DNA of 64,000 bases from Bacillota bacterium (lineage in GTDB: Bacteria > Bacillota > JAAYKD01): contig OY762825.2 of the NCBI GenBank assembly GCA_963666425.2, forward strand, positions 1,952,001-2,016,000, read 5' to 3'. How positions within the stretch are numbered: position 1 is the first letter of the stretch; the number at the start of each line of letters is the position of its first letter. The position numbers and the translations under genes were made by a program. Positions 38,031 through 47,257 of the stretch are shown piece after piece. The notes below the pieces were generated by a model. It searched no databases, had not been told where the DNA came from, and saw only the letters and a program-made list of their open reading frames with translations.

Positions 38031-39707
38031 GTGAAAGCGAAAAAGCAATGGCTGACCGTTTTGTTTTCCATCGCCTTAAGCATCGCCTTGCTTTTTGTGT
38101 ACTATGCTTATCAGGCCTCCGCCGCGGATCCTTATATTCTCGATCAGGAAGGGATTCAGGATCTTTCCGATGGTTGGCTACAGCAGCAGGATGGCGCCAG
38201 CTTGAGTCTGCCCTACTCTACGGGCTTGACTGAGCAAGCGCCTTTGGTTTTATCCGGGCAGCTGCCCAGCCATCTGCCGGATTTTGCTGTCCTCTGCATC
38301 GAAACGAATTATCAATACCTGACAGTGACCGCAGGAGATACGGTACTCTATGCTTCCAACGAAAATCGCCTGACAATCTTTGGCAAACCCTTCTATCTCA
38401 CCCTGCATCTGGTGGAATTACCGCAGAATCTGCAGGGCAGCGTGCTGACTTTCACCACGGGCACGAATGCGGCAGAACAGAATGTGGGGATTCGTCAGCT
38501 TGTCCTCGGCAACAAGAGTGCGGTGACCGTTCGCTACATGAGAGAAATTGCGCCTGATTTGCTCTATTGCGCCATTATTTCTCTGGCAGGACTGCTTTTT
38601 TTAGCGGCGACCTTTTTTATCAAAAAGCCCAACATGGCGGTCAGCCGCGCCATTTTCAGAAATTTGGGGATCTTTACCTTGCTTGCGGCAACCTGGATGC
38701 TGACCGATATCAAGCCGCTGCAGCTCTTCTTTCCCAGAAAAGAAGCGGCTTATTTACTATCCTTCTTTACCATGATGCTGATGCCGCTGGCTTTTTTGCT
38801 GTTTGTCCGCCAGATCTGTCAGCGCGGTAAAACGCTGCTGAACGTTTTGAGCTATCTGACCGTTTTCATTTTTTTGCTGAATTTGAGCCTGGCTGTGGCG
38901 GGGATTGCCAGTCTTTCGCAGACCGTGCTGCTCAGCCATCTGCTGATCGCCGTCACGGTGTTCTGCTTGCCGGTGATTGGTTGGCTGGAATATCAGAAAG
39001 ATCGGAACACAGACTTGCGCGAAATCATCCTTGGCATGTTAATTCTCTGTTGCAGTGTCGTGATCAGCCTTGTTCAATATTACCTCGCTAAACCCGATGG
39101 CAATGCAAATTATGCGGTTATATTCAAACTGGGGATTCTCGTCTTTATTTCATTGCTGGCTGTCTCGGCCATCCGAAAAAGTGTGGCGTTTTATCGGGAC
39201 CTAACCGAAGCGGAGTTTTATAAGAAAATGGCCTTTACCGATTATATGACAAACCTGGGCAATCGAGCCGCCTTTGAAGTTGGCATGAGTCAAAAGCAGC
39301 AAACACAGGATGCTTTGAAAATACCGGCGGTGGTCGTTTTTGACATGGATAATCTAAAAGCAAGCAATGATGGCTTCGGTCACCGCGTAGGCGACGAATT
39401 AATCTGCGGTTTTGCCGCCTGTATTCAAAGTGTATTTCAAGCGCGCGGCACCGCTTACCGCATCGGCGGCGACGAATTTGCCGTGATTTTAGCAGTGCAG
39501 GAGCAAGCGGCGATGGATGCCTTGATGTTGGAATTTGACGCGAGCATCCGGCAATATAACGCCTCGCATCAGCATCCGATTCTAGTCTCCTGGGGATTTG
39601 CGCTGGGGCAGGCAGAACAACCAGAATGCATTGGAACAGAGCAGCTGTTTAAAAAAGCGGATCAGAATATGTACCGGCAGAAAGCAAAGCATAAATCGGA
39701 ACTCTAA
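38031..39707 (+). CDS. Membrane-bound diguanylate cyclase (GGDEF)
   Basis: Extracellular domain, about 7 TMs, DYMTNLGNR, DMDNLKASNDGFGHRVGD, RIGGDEF. Confidence 0.9.
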   Translation: MKAKKQWLTVLFSIALSIALLFVYYAYQASAADPYILDQEGIQDLSDGWLQQQDGASLSLPYSTGLTEQAPLVLSGQLPSHLPDFAVLCIETNYQYLTVTAGDTVLYASNENRLTIFGKPFYLTLHLVELPQNLQGSVLTFTTGTNAAEQNVGIRQLVLGNKSAVTVRYMREIAPDLLYCAIISLAGLLFLAATFFIKKPNMAVSRAIFRNLGIFTLLAATWMLTDIKPLQLFFPRKEAAYLLSFFTMMLMPLAFLLFVRQICQRGKTLLNVLSYLTVFIFLLNLSLAVAGIASLSQTVLLSHLLIAVTVFCLPVIGWLEYQKDRNTDLREIILGMLILCCSVVISLVQYYLAKPDGNANYAVIFKLGILVFISLLAVSAIRKSVAFYRDLTEAEFYKKMAFTDYMTNLGNRAAFEVGMSQKQQTQDALKIPAVVVFDMDNLKASNDGFGHRVGDELICGFAACIQSVFQARGTAYRIGGDEFAVILAVQEQAAMDALMLEFDASIRQYNASHQHPILVSWGFALGQAEQPECIGTEQLFKKADQNMYRQKAKHKSEL

Positions 39708-39716
39708 ATAAAAGAG

Positions 39717-39766
39717 AAAAGCGCCGTCCGCTTCCCTTAGAAAGAGAAGCGGGCGGCGCTTTTTTT
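39717..39766. terminator. Bidirectional terminator
   Basis: AAAAGCGCCGTCCGCTTC...GAAGCGGGCGGCGCTTTTTT. Confidence 0.85.
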
Positions 39767-39832
39767 AACGTCAGAGTGGGAATTTTTGCATAGCAGTCTG
39801 CAGTTGGAACTAGAAAATGAAGCGGTTCCCTG

Positions 39833-40492
39833 TTATGAGGCGAGATTCAGCCAAATATGCCCCTGCGGATACATTTTCTTCAGCGCGAAGTGAAGCCACT
39901 GCTGTTGTTCTTCTGACATCAGCGGCAGCACCGTCTCATAATCCTGCTGATAACCTTCCCGTCCCGGATCGCTTGATTTGTAGAGCAAAATCAATTCCGG
40001 CGCCAGATAAGGCACACCGCCTCTTTGAAGAATGGCCTGACTGAGTTTGCGTTTGATTTCCGGGTTGCGGGCATAGAGAAAATCACTGCAATTGGTTTGA
40101 TCAAAGAGAAACTCAATGTAGTTGAGTTCGGTTTGCTCTTTATGTTCCATTTCGCAGAGGAAAAATCCCGCTTCTCCGCTTGGCTGCAATTTAAAATAAC
40201 GATTGCCCGGATAGATGCAGAAGAGGTTGCGTTTCAGCAGTTTTTGCTCCTCCGGATCACGGATCAGATGGACCAAATCGTTGCCGCACGCTTCATACAG
40301 CGTCCAGCCCTTGGCTTGCATACAACGGATCAAACTGTTGCGGTCTTTTTGCCAAACAGAAATATCCAGATCGTAATGCGGCCTGGATTTTCTGTTTAAA
40401 AACAAATCAATGGCATAACCACCGCAGACAGCGTAATGCAGCGGTAAATCGGCGAGCAATTTGGTTGCTTGGGTGATCATTGCAGGTAACAT
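39833..40492 (-). CDS. Nucleotidyltransferase domain protein (ANT(2'')/LinA-like fold)
   Basis: VCGGYAIDLFL...RPHYDLDI, VPYLAPELILLYK. Confidence 0.7.
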   Translation of the reverse strand: MLPAMITQATKLLADLPLHYAVCGGYAIDLFLNRKSRPHYDLDISVWQKDRNSLIRCMQAKGWTLYEACGNDLVHLIRDPEEQKLLKRNLFCIYPGNRYFKLQPSGEAGFFLCEMEHKEQTELNYIEFLFDQTNCSDFLYARNPEIKRKLSQAILQRGGVPYLAPELILLYKSSDPGREGYQQDYETVLPLMSEEQQQWLHFALKKMYPQGHIWLNLAS

Positions 40493-40504
40493 GAGAATCT
40501 CCTC

Positions 40505-41818
40505 CTAGTAGCCTATTTTACTGATCGGCTGCTGCGACTGTTTCTGTTTACGATGACGGTAAAGGTTAATCCCCAAGGCTGCCGTCAGACAGGCAACCAG
40601 GAAGATCGGCATGATCCAGGAATTGTAGGTTTCATCGCTGGTCAGTACTTCAACCCATAAGGTATCCATCAGCGTGTTGGCCTCGTCGCTGAGGTTGACA
40701 TAAGATTCGGCTTTGGCGAGAATTTCCTTGGAGGGGTAGCGGATGGGATCGCTGGTAACCTCTTCCCCCAGCAGTGCGAAGGCGCCGGTATTGGCGGTGG
40801 AATAGCCGATGTAATCCATGTTAATGGCGGCTACACTGGGCTCATTGAGAAAATTAATATACATCTCGGCAGCCAGTTTGTTATTGGCCACAACCGGAAT
40901 ACAGGTGCTGTCAACAAACATGTTGACTCCCTCATCGGGAAAGGAAAAAGCCAGATCCGGATTTAGTTTCTGCATCTGGAAAAAGTCGCCGGCATAATAG
41001 GGCGCCATGACTGCTTCACCGGCGATCATCTTGTCATAAATTTCATCCATGACATAAGCCTGTACCAGTGGTTTCTGGATTTTCAGTTCCCGTACCGCTT
41101 GCTGCAGTTCGTTGACATTTTCACTGTTCATCGAATAGCCCAGCTTTTTCAGCACGAGACCAAAGGCATCTCTGGGGCTGCCGAACATCAGGATTTGACC
41201 CAGGAAATTGGCGTCCCAAAGCGCATTCCAACTGGTAGGCGCATCGGGAATGATGCTGGTATTATAAATAATCCCGGTGGTGCCGCGGCTGTAGGGCACG
41301 CTGTAGGTGCCGTTGGGGTCAAAAGCCATATTGCGGAATTCTTCCATGATATAAGATGCATTGGGAATCTGATTGTAATCCAAGGGCAGCAGCATCTCTT
41401 CCTTGATCATACGGGAAACCATATAATCGGAGGGAATGATCACATCGTAACTGACGCTGCCGCTTTTTAATTTGGCGTACATTTCTTCATTGGTGGAGAA
41501 ATTATCGTAGATGACCCGAATCCCGGTCAGTTCGGCAAATTCCTTGTTGACATCCACATAATCGGAATCATTGGTCGCCATGTATTCGCCCCAGTTGAAG
41601 ACATTGACGGTGGTGTTGGTATTCGCCAACTGCCTGTAATAAGTCATATCGAGTGAAGCGTAATCAATGGTGAAATCAAAAGGCTCTGTCGCAGCGGGCT
41701 CTGCCGCCGCTGCCGCCGGTGTTTCAGTTGGCTCTTCCGCGCGGACCAGGCCGCCAAACGGCGTGATCAACAAAGCGCAAGCGAGCAGGAGGGCAAGCAA
41801 ACGAGTGTTCTTTTTCAT
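40505..41818 (-). CDS. potD: Spermidine/putrescine ABC transporter substrate-binding protein
   Basis: NVFNWGEYM, NEEMYAKL, YDVIIPSDYMV, YSVPY; C-terminal TM. Confidence 0.88.
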   Translation of the reverse strand: MKKNTRLLALLLACALLITPFGGLVRAEEPTETPAAAAAEPAATEPFDFTIDYASLDMTYYRQLANTNTTVNVFNWGEYMATNDSDYVDVNKEFAELTGIRVIYDNFSTNEEMYAKLKSGSVSYDVIIPSDYMVSRMIKEEMLLPLDYNQIPNASYIMEEFRNMAFDPNGTYSVPYSRGTTGIIYNTSIIPDAPTSWNALWDANFLGQILMFGSPRDAFGLVLKKLGYSMNSENVNELQQAVRELKIQKPLVQAYVMDEIYDKMIAGEAVMAPYYAGDFFQMQKLNPDLAFSFPDEGVNMFVDSTCIPVVANNKLAAEMYINFLNEPSVAAINMDYIGYSTANTGAFALLGEEVTSDPIRYPSKEILAKAESYVNLSDEANTLMDTLWVEVLTSDETYNSWIMPIFLVACLTAALGINLYRHRKQKQSQQPISKIGY

Positions 41819-41821
41819 CTT

Positions 41822-42679
41822 TTACACTCCCTCCTCTTTCCGGATATGGAGGGCTAGACGGGTTTCGCGTTCCTGCCGCAGCAGTTTTCTTTCCTTCTGA
41901 CCTTCCGAAAGATAAGAGACCAGCAGCACCGTCAGCACCACGACAAAGACGATGGTGGAGAGTGCATTAATTTCCGGGCTGATCCGCCGGCGGGTCATGG
42001 CATAGATGCGGATGGGCAAGGTTTGGGAAGCGGGACCGGTGGTGAAATAGCTGATGACAAAGTCGTCCATGGACATGGTCAGTGCCATCAGGAAACCGGC
42101 TAAAATGGCGGGGGAGATTTCCGGAATGATCACTTTACGGAAGGCCTGCCAGGGCGTGCAGCCTAAGTCCAGCGCCGCTTCGTAAGTAAACTGATCCAGC
42201 TGGCGTAGTTTTGGCATGACATTGAAAATAACATAAGGGATATTGAAGGTGATGTGCGCCAAAATCAAGGTCAGATAACCGGCATCGATGGGGATATTCA
42301 TCTTTTCTCTGGCAAAAACAAAAAGCAGCATCAAAGAGACACCGGTGATGATATCCGGATTGATGATGGGCAGATAAGTGATATTGCGGACGAGCTGTTT
42401 TGCTTTGGAATTGAGCGAATTGATGCCGATGGCGGCCGCCGTGCCAACAATGGTAGCGACGACAGAAGAAATGGCGGCAACCAACAAGGTATTGCCGAAC
42501 GCGGCGATGATGGCGTCATTTTGAAAGAGCTTGCCATACCAGTCGAAGGTAAATCCGGTCCAGGCACCGCGGCTCTTATTGGCGTTGAAGGAGTAAGTAA
42601 TCAGGACGGCAATGGGAGCGTAGAGAAAGACCATCACCATGGCCACATAAGAACTTCTTAACCACTTAAAGTTTCTCAT
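41822..42679 (-). CDS. potC: Spermidine/putrescine ABC transporter permease
   Basis: FLYAPIAVLI.YSFN, EAALDLG, SMDDFVISYFT. Confidence 0.9.
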   Translation of the reverse strand: MRNFKWLRSSYVAMVMVFLYAPIAVLITYSFNANKSRGAWTGFTFDWYGKLFQNDAIIAAFGNTLLVAAISSVVATIVGTAAAIGINSLNSKAKQLVRNITYLPIINPDIITGVSLMLLFVFAREKMNIPIDAGYLTLILAHITFNIPYVIFNVMPKLRQLDQFTYEAALDLGCTPWQAFRKVIIPEISPAILAGFLMALTMSMDDFVISYFTTGPASQTLPIRIYAMTRRRISPEINALSTIVFVVVLTVLLVSYLSEGQKERKLLRQERETRLALHIRKEEGV

Positions 42680-43491
42680 AACAGCACATCCTCCATTTCC
42701 TCATTATCAAAAGAGTTGAGGAGGCTCATGCAGAGCAGGATGATTACCATCAGGACGAGCGAGATGGCGGACCCCAGATTGGGATTATAGGTATTGCCGT
42801 AAAACTGCAGATCAATTAGGTCACCGATCAGTAGATTGGCGCCGCCGCCCAACATGCGGGAAATAATAAAGGTGGAGATGGCCGGCACAAAGACCATCGT
42901 AATCCCGGTGGTGATGCCGGGGATGCTCAAAGGCAGCACGACTCGGCGCAGGATATCGAAGAAACCGGCGCCCAGATCGCGCGAGGCTTCAATTAAAGAA
43001 TCGCTGATCTTGATCATAATGGTATAGAGCGGCAGGATCATAAAAGGCAGATAATTGTAGACCATACCGAGCACCACGGCGCCAGGCGTGTTGATCATAT
43101 TCAGCGGTGCGATGCCAAACAAGCCTAAGAAGCGGTTGATCAGACCGGTTTTCTCTAAAATGGTCATCCAGGCATAGGTGCGCAGCAAAAAATTCATCCA
43201 CATCGGCAGCATCACGAGCAAAAGCAGAACACGCTGGTTGCTGGCCACCTGACGTGACATGATATAGGCCAAAGGATAAGCGATCAGCAGGCAAATTACC
43301 GTGGCAATGGCTGCCAGCATGATGGAGCGCATCAGCACCGGCATATACTTGCCAACCTGCGAGATGTTCTCAATGGTCCATTGCCCTTCCGCATTGGTAA
43401 AAGCAAAATAGCCGATCAGCAACAGCGGTACGACAATAAAAATGACCATCCAAACCAGATAAGGAGCGGCGGCCGTTTTGGACTTAAACAT
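42676..43491 (-). CDS. potB: Spermidine/putrescine ABC transporter permease
   Basis: LPMWMNFLLRTYAW, YNYLPFMILP, EASRDLGA; likely start 43491. Confidence 0.9.
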   Translation of the reverse strand: MFKSKTAAAPYLVWMVIFIVVPLLLIGYFAFTNAEGQWTIENISQVGKYMPVLMRSIMLAAIATVICLLIAYPLAYIMSRQVASNQRVLLLLVMLPMWMNFLLRTYAWMTILEKTGLINRFLGLFGIAPLNMINTPGAVVLGMVYNYLPFMILPLYTIMIKISDSLIEASRDLGAGFFDILRRVVLPLSIPGITTGITMVFVPAISTFIISRMLGGGANLLIGDLIDLQFYGNTYNPNLGSAISLVLMVIILLCMSLLNSFDNEEMEDVLL

Positions 43492-43492
43492 C

Positions 43493-44545
43493 TCAGTTGC
43501 CCTCCATCTTTTCCATGATCTGGATGTTTTCGGGGGCAATCTGAATACCGATGTGTTTGCCTGGCTCGGCGAATTTCGTGGTATGGATCATCCAGCGCAA
43601 GCCATGGGCGCTGAGCATAATCTCATAATGGACGCCTTTAAAAATTACGCTTTCCACCATACCGCTTAATTGTCCCTCTTCCGGCGCGACAATCACCATA
43701 TCTTCGGGACGAATCACCACATCGACCAGTTCCATGCGGTCCCAGCCGCGATCCACACAAGGGAATTTAACACCGGCAAATTCCACCAGCAGATCCTCAT
43801 GCATAATGCCGTCCACGATATTGCTTTCTCCGATAAAGTCTGCCACAAAAGCATTGACCGGTTCATTATAGATATTGACCGGCGTATCAATTTGTTGAAT
43901 TTTACCGTCTTTCATCACCACGATGCGGTCGGAAAGCGTTAAGGCTTCCTCTTGATCGTGGGTGACATAGATGAAGGTGATTTCCAGGTTTTCCTGGATG
44001 CGTTTCAATTCTTTCTGCATATCCTTGCGTAACTTCAGATCGAGCGCACCCAAAGGTTCGTCCAGCAATAAAACTCGTGGGTAATTGACCAAAGCACGGG
44101 CGATGGCAACACGCTGTTGCTGTCCGCCGGATAATTGGTTGATGTTGCGGTGCTCAAAGCCCTGCAGGTTGACCAATTCAAACATTTCATTGACGCGAGA
44201 CTGGATTTCTTTTTCCGCCAGTTTTTTAACGCGAAGACCAAAGGCAACATTCTCATAAACATTCAAATGGGGAAAAAGGGCATAACGCTGAAATACGGTG
44301 TTGACCGGCCTTAAGTGGGAAGGCACCTCGTTCATATTTTTGCCTTCGAAAATAACGTCTCCTTGCTTTGGCTGGATAAATCCACCGATAATCCGTAGGG
44401 TGGTTGTTTTGCCGCAGCCGGAAGGTCCCAGCAAAGTCACCACTTCTTTATCGTGAATATCCAGGCTGAAGTCGTCCAGGACCCGTTCGCCATTGTATTC
44501 CATCACCAGATTGCGTAAACTAATCAGTACTTTCTCATCTTTCAT
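43493..44545 (-). CDS. potA: Spermidine/putrescine ABC transporter ATP-binding protein
   Basis: [44 protein letters not shown]. Confidence 0.93.
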   Translation of the reverse strand: MKDEKVLISLRNLVMEYNGERVLDDFSLDIHDKEVVTLLGPSGCGKTTTLRIIGGFIQPKQGDVIFEGKNMNEVPSHLRPVNTVFQRYALFPHLNVYENVAFGLRVKKLAEKEIQSRVNEMFELVNLQGFEHRNINQLSGGQQQRVAIARALVNYPRVLLLDEPLGALDLKLRKDMQKELKRIQENLEITFIYVTHDQEEALTLSDRIVVMKDGKIQQIDTPVNIYNEPVNAFVADFIGESNIVDGIMHEDLLVEFAGVKFPCVDRGWDRMELVDVVIRPEDMVIVAPEEGQLSGMVESVIFKGVHYEIMLSAHGLRWMIHTTKFAEPGKHIGIQIAPENIQIMEKMEGN

Positions 44546-44787
44546 CCTGCAGTTCTCCTTTTCATCGTCACGTATTGGACCAATTAGATTTTGCTTGCAT
44601 CATAAACCTCTTAGAAAAAAATTTTCGCATTCGTCTGAATGCGAATCTCAAATAGAATTATAGCATAAAACGTTCGCCCCAGATATATTTATTTTGTAGT
44701 TTTCAGTGGAAAAGTGAATGGTATTTCTTGGAGGATATTTACGGCGCAACCGCACCGGAAAGAATTATATTTACAGCTCAAAACGGG

Positions 44788-45110
44788 TTATCCATAGGGT
44801 TTCCCCCGTTATTTTCAACTTATCCACAAGTTATACACTGTAAATGGTGGATAAAGCAATGGGACTGCCTGTAGAAACACCAAATTTATCTACTTAGTTA
44901 TCAACAGCCTGTTGATAAACCGGGCAGTTTGCAGAAAAATATCCTGACAAATTGATCAAGAAAAGCCTGTTTCTTAGCTTGTAAAGCTGAACAATAGGAA
45001 AACCAGGCAGTTTTTTATTTTAGTCTATTTCTAGATTAGGTGCTGCACGCGTATATTTTCATCGACAGACAAAAAGGAACAAAGCCGGCTGTGTATAAAA
45101 CGGTGAATAA
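44788..45110. promoter_or_regulatory. DnaA-box cluster
   Basis: TTATCCATA 44788, TTATCCACA 44820, TTATACACT 44831, GGTGGATAA 44846, TTATCAACA 44898, TGTTGATAA 44910, TGTGTATAA 45090, GGTGAATAA 45102; all within one mismatch of TTATNCACA. Confidence 0.75.
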
Positions 45111-45259
45111 AACAACGGCTGGCAGCGGCATCAATAGGATCAATGGCAGGTTGGCTTGAGAATAAGACAATTCAATGAGAGGATAGGGGTGGAATCGGGT
45201 ATAATGGTAGTAAACAGGATCAGGGTGATTCAGTTCAGCTAAAAAGGAGTGGAAAGATC

Positions 45260-46423
45260 ATGCTACAATTACCGAAGAATTTTGAAAGTTACGATTTGGT
45301 CCGGCAAGCCGGTTTTTTGCGTGCCAAGGCGGTCAAGGAAAAAGGCATTCCGATGGTTGGTGTCTTTTGTACCTATACCCCCAAGGAATTGATTATGGCG
45401 GCTGGTGCAGTCAGCGTTGGTCTCTGCGGTATGAGCGAAGAGCCGATTGCCGCGGCGGAAACCAAACTGCCGAAAAACCTCTGTCCCCTGATCAAGTCGA
45501 GTTATGGCTTTGCTGTCAGCGAAACCTGTCCCTATTTTTACTTTTCCGATTTGGTGGTGGGGGAAACCACCTGCGATGGTAAGAAGAAAATGTATGAGCT
45601 TTTGGGACAATTGAAGGATGTTTATGTCATCCATCTGCCGCACAGTCCCAAACGCAGCAAAGCCGTTGAATATTTCTATCAGGAATTGCTGGACTTTAAA
45701 AAAGTGCTGGAAGATAAATTCCGGGTAGAAATCACAGATGAGAAACTGCGCAAAGCCATCCACGAAGCCAATGAGGAACGCGCCGCCATGCTACGATTAT
45801 ATGGACTGGGTAAAATGAATCCGGCTGTGATCTCGGGTTATGAGTTGAGCAGCATCGCTAATGGTTTGGATTTTCAGTTTTTTCATGAGGAGCGCATGGC
45901 TGTGATGAACCAGGCTTATCAGGACGGCTTAAACCGGCTGGAAGCGAGCAAAGCAAAACCGCAGGGAGCACGGCGGCCGCGTTTGATTATCACCGGTTGT
46001 CCGATTGGTGGTGTACGGGAGAAGATTATCAAGGCTGTAGAGGATTTAGGTGCTGATGTGGTCAGCTTTGAAATCTGCAGCGGTCCCAGAGAAAAACAAA
46101 CGGCGGTGGATGAAAACCCAGAGAAGGATCCGCTCTGGGCCATGGCCGAAAAATACCTGCAAATTGGTTGTTCCATTATGACGCCGAATGATTCCCGTTT
46201 GGTTACACTGGAAAACATGGTACGGGAGTATCAAGCCGATGCTGTCCTGGAAGTTGTTCTGCAGGCTTGCCATACCTATAACGTGGAATCGTACACGATT
46301 AAGCGCTTTGTCACCGACAGCCTGAAGAAACCGTATTACATGCTGGAGACGGATTATTCCAAAGCCGATTCCGGACAAATTCAAACCCGGCTGGAAGCAT
46401 TTTTGGAGACGATTCCATGCTAG
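45260..46423 (+). CDS. Double-cubane-cluster anaerobic reductase / 2-hydroxyacyl-CoA dehydratase-family protein (YjiM-like)
   Basis: GVFCTYTPKE, NLCPLIKSSYG, CPYF, ETTCDGKKK, ITGCP, GCS, QACHTY, ETDYS..GQIQTRLEAF. Confidence 0.8.
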   Translation: MLQLPKNFESYDLVRQAGFLRAKAVKEKGIPMVGVFCTYTPKELIMAAGAVSVGLCGMSEEPIAAAETKLPKNLCPLIKSSYGFAVSETCPYFYFSDLVVGETTCDGKKKMYELLGQLKDVYVIHLPHSPKRSKAVEYFYQELLDFKKVLEDKFRVEITDEKLRKAIHEANEERAAMLRLYGLGKMNPAVISGYELSSIANGLDFQFFHEERMAVMNQAYQDGLNRLEASKAKPQGARRPRLIITGCPIGGVREKIIKAVEDLGADVVSFEICSGPREKQTAVDENPEKDPLWAMAEKYLQIGCSIMTPNDSRLVTLENMVREYQADAVLEVVLQACHTYNVESYTIKRFVTDSLKKPYYMLETDYSKADSGQIQTRLEAFLETIPC

Positions 46424-47181
46424 ATGCCATAGGAATTGACATTGGTTCCACCGCAACTAAAGTGCTCGTGCGCCGCGACGGGCAGATTTTCTGTACGCTT
46501 CTGATGCCAACCGGTTGGAACAGCCGGGAGACGGCGCTGAAAATTCAGGAAGAACTCCTGTTGAGAGGTGTGGATGTCAAAAACAGCAGCAGCATAGTGG
46601 TGGCTACCGGCTATGGCCGCATTTCGGTACCGTATGCGCAAAAGCAACTCACGGAGATCACCTGCCACGGCCTGGGCGGAGCAGCACTGGCAGGCGGTGA
46701 CACGACCATCATCGACATCGGCGGACAGGATACGAAAGTAATCACATTGGCAGATGGAGCGGTGTCTGCTTTTACCATGAATGATAAATGCTCGGCTGGT
46801 ACAGGCAGGTTTCTGGAGATTATGGCGAACCGCATGGCCGTCGATCTGGTGGAACTCTGCATGTTGGCAGAACAAGGTGTCATCTTGCCGATCAGCTCGA
46901 TGTGCACGGTGTTTGCGGAATCGGAAGTGATTGGCTATATTGGCAGCGGAGCCGCCAAGGCGGATATTTCGGCCGGAATCATTGATTCTGTTTTATCGAA
47001 GGTGACCAGTTTGGTGCAGCGGCATGGGCCGGGGCCGCAGTATTTGCTGACCGGCGGTTTATGCGATCTGCCCTATATCTGCCGCCGCTTAAGCGAGAAA
47101 CTGCAGGCTCCGGTGAAAACAGAAAAGATGTGCCGCTATGCAGGCGCCTTGGGTGCCGCGCTGAAAGCGGAACAGCTCTAA
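46417..47181 (+). CDS. ASKHA-type [4Fe-4S] activator ATPase (dehydratase activase, YjiL-like)
   Basis: GIDIGSTATK, ATGYGR, DIGGQDTK, MNDKCSAGTGRFLE, SSMCTVFAESEVI. Confidence 0.92.
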   Translation: MLDAIGIDIGSTATKVLVRRDGQIFCTLLMPTGWNSRETALKIQEELLLRGVDVKNSSSIVVATGYGRISVPYAQKQLTEITCHGLGGAALAGGDTTIIDIGGQDTKVITLADGAVSAFTMNDKCSAGTGRFLEIMANRMAVDLVELCMLAEQGVILPISSMCTVFAESEVIGYIGSGAAKADISAGIIDSVLSKVTSLVQRHGPGPQYLLTGGLCDLPYICRRLSEKLQAPVKTEKMCRYAGALGAALKAEQL

Positions 47182-47257
47182 AGCAAGGAAAGGAGTCTGA
47201 AGCAATGCGCGCCAGAACAGCAGCATTGCTTCAGACTCCGATTATTTTATCCTGCTT

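Noticed and set aside
39833-40492. Bona fide aminoglycoside or lincosamide resistance gene
   Set aside because: Only the general nucleotidyltransferase fold motifs are recognisable; chromosomal context and no evidence for the substrate.
44680-45110. Definite oriC call
   Set aside because: No dnaA/dnaN/rpmH nearby, no convincing DnaA-trio run, and no switch in core-gene strand; kept only as a DnaA-box cluster.
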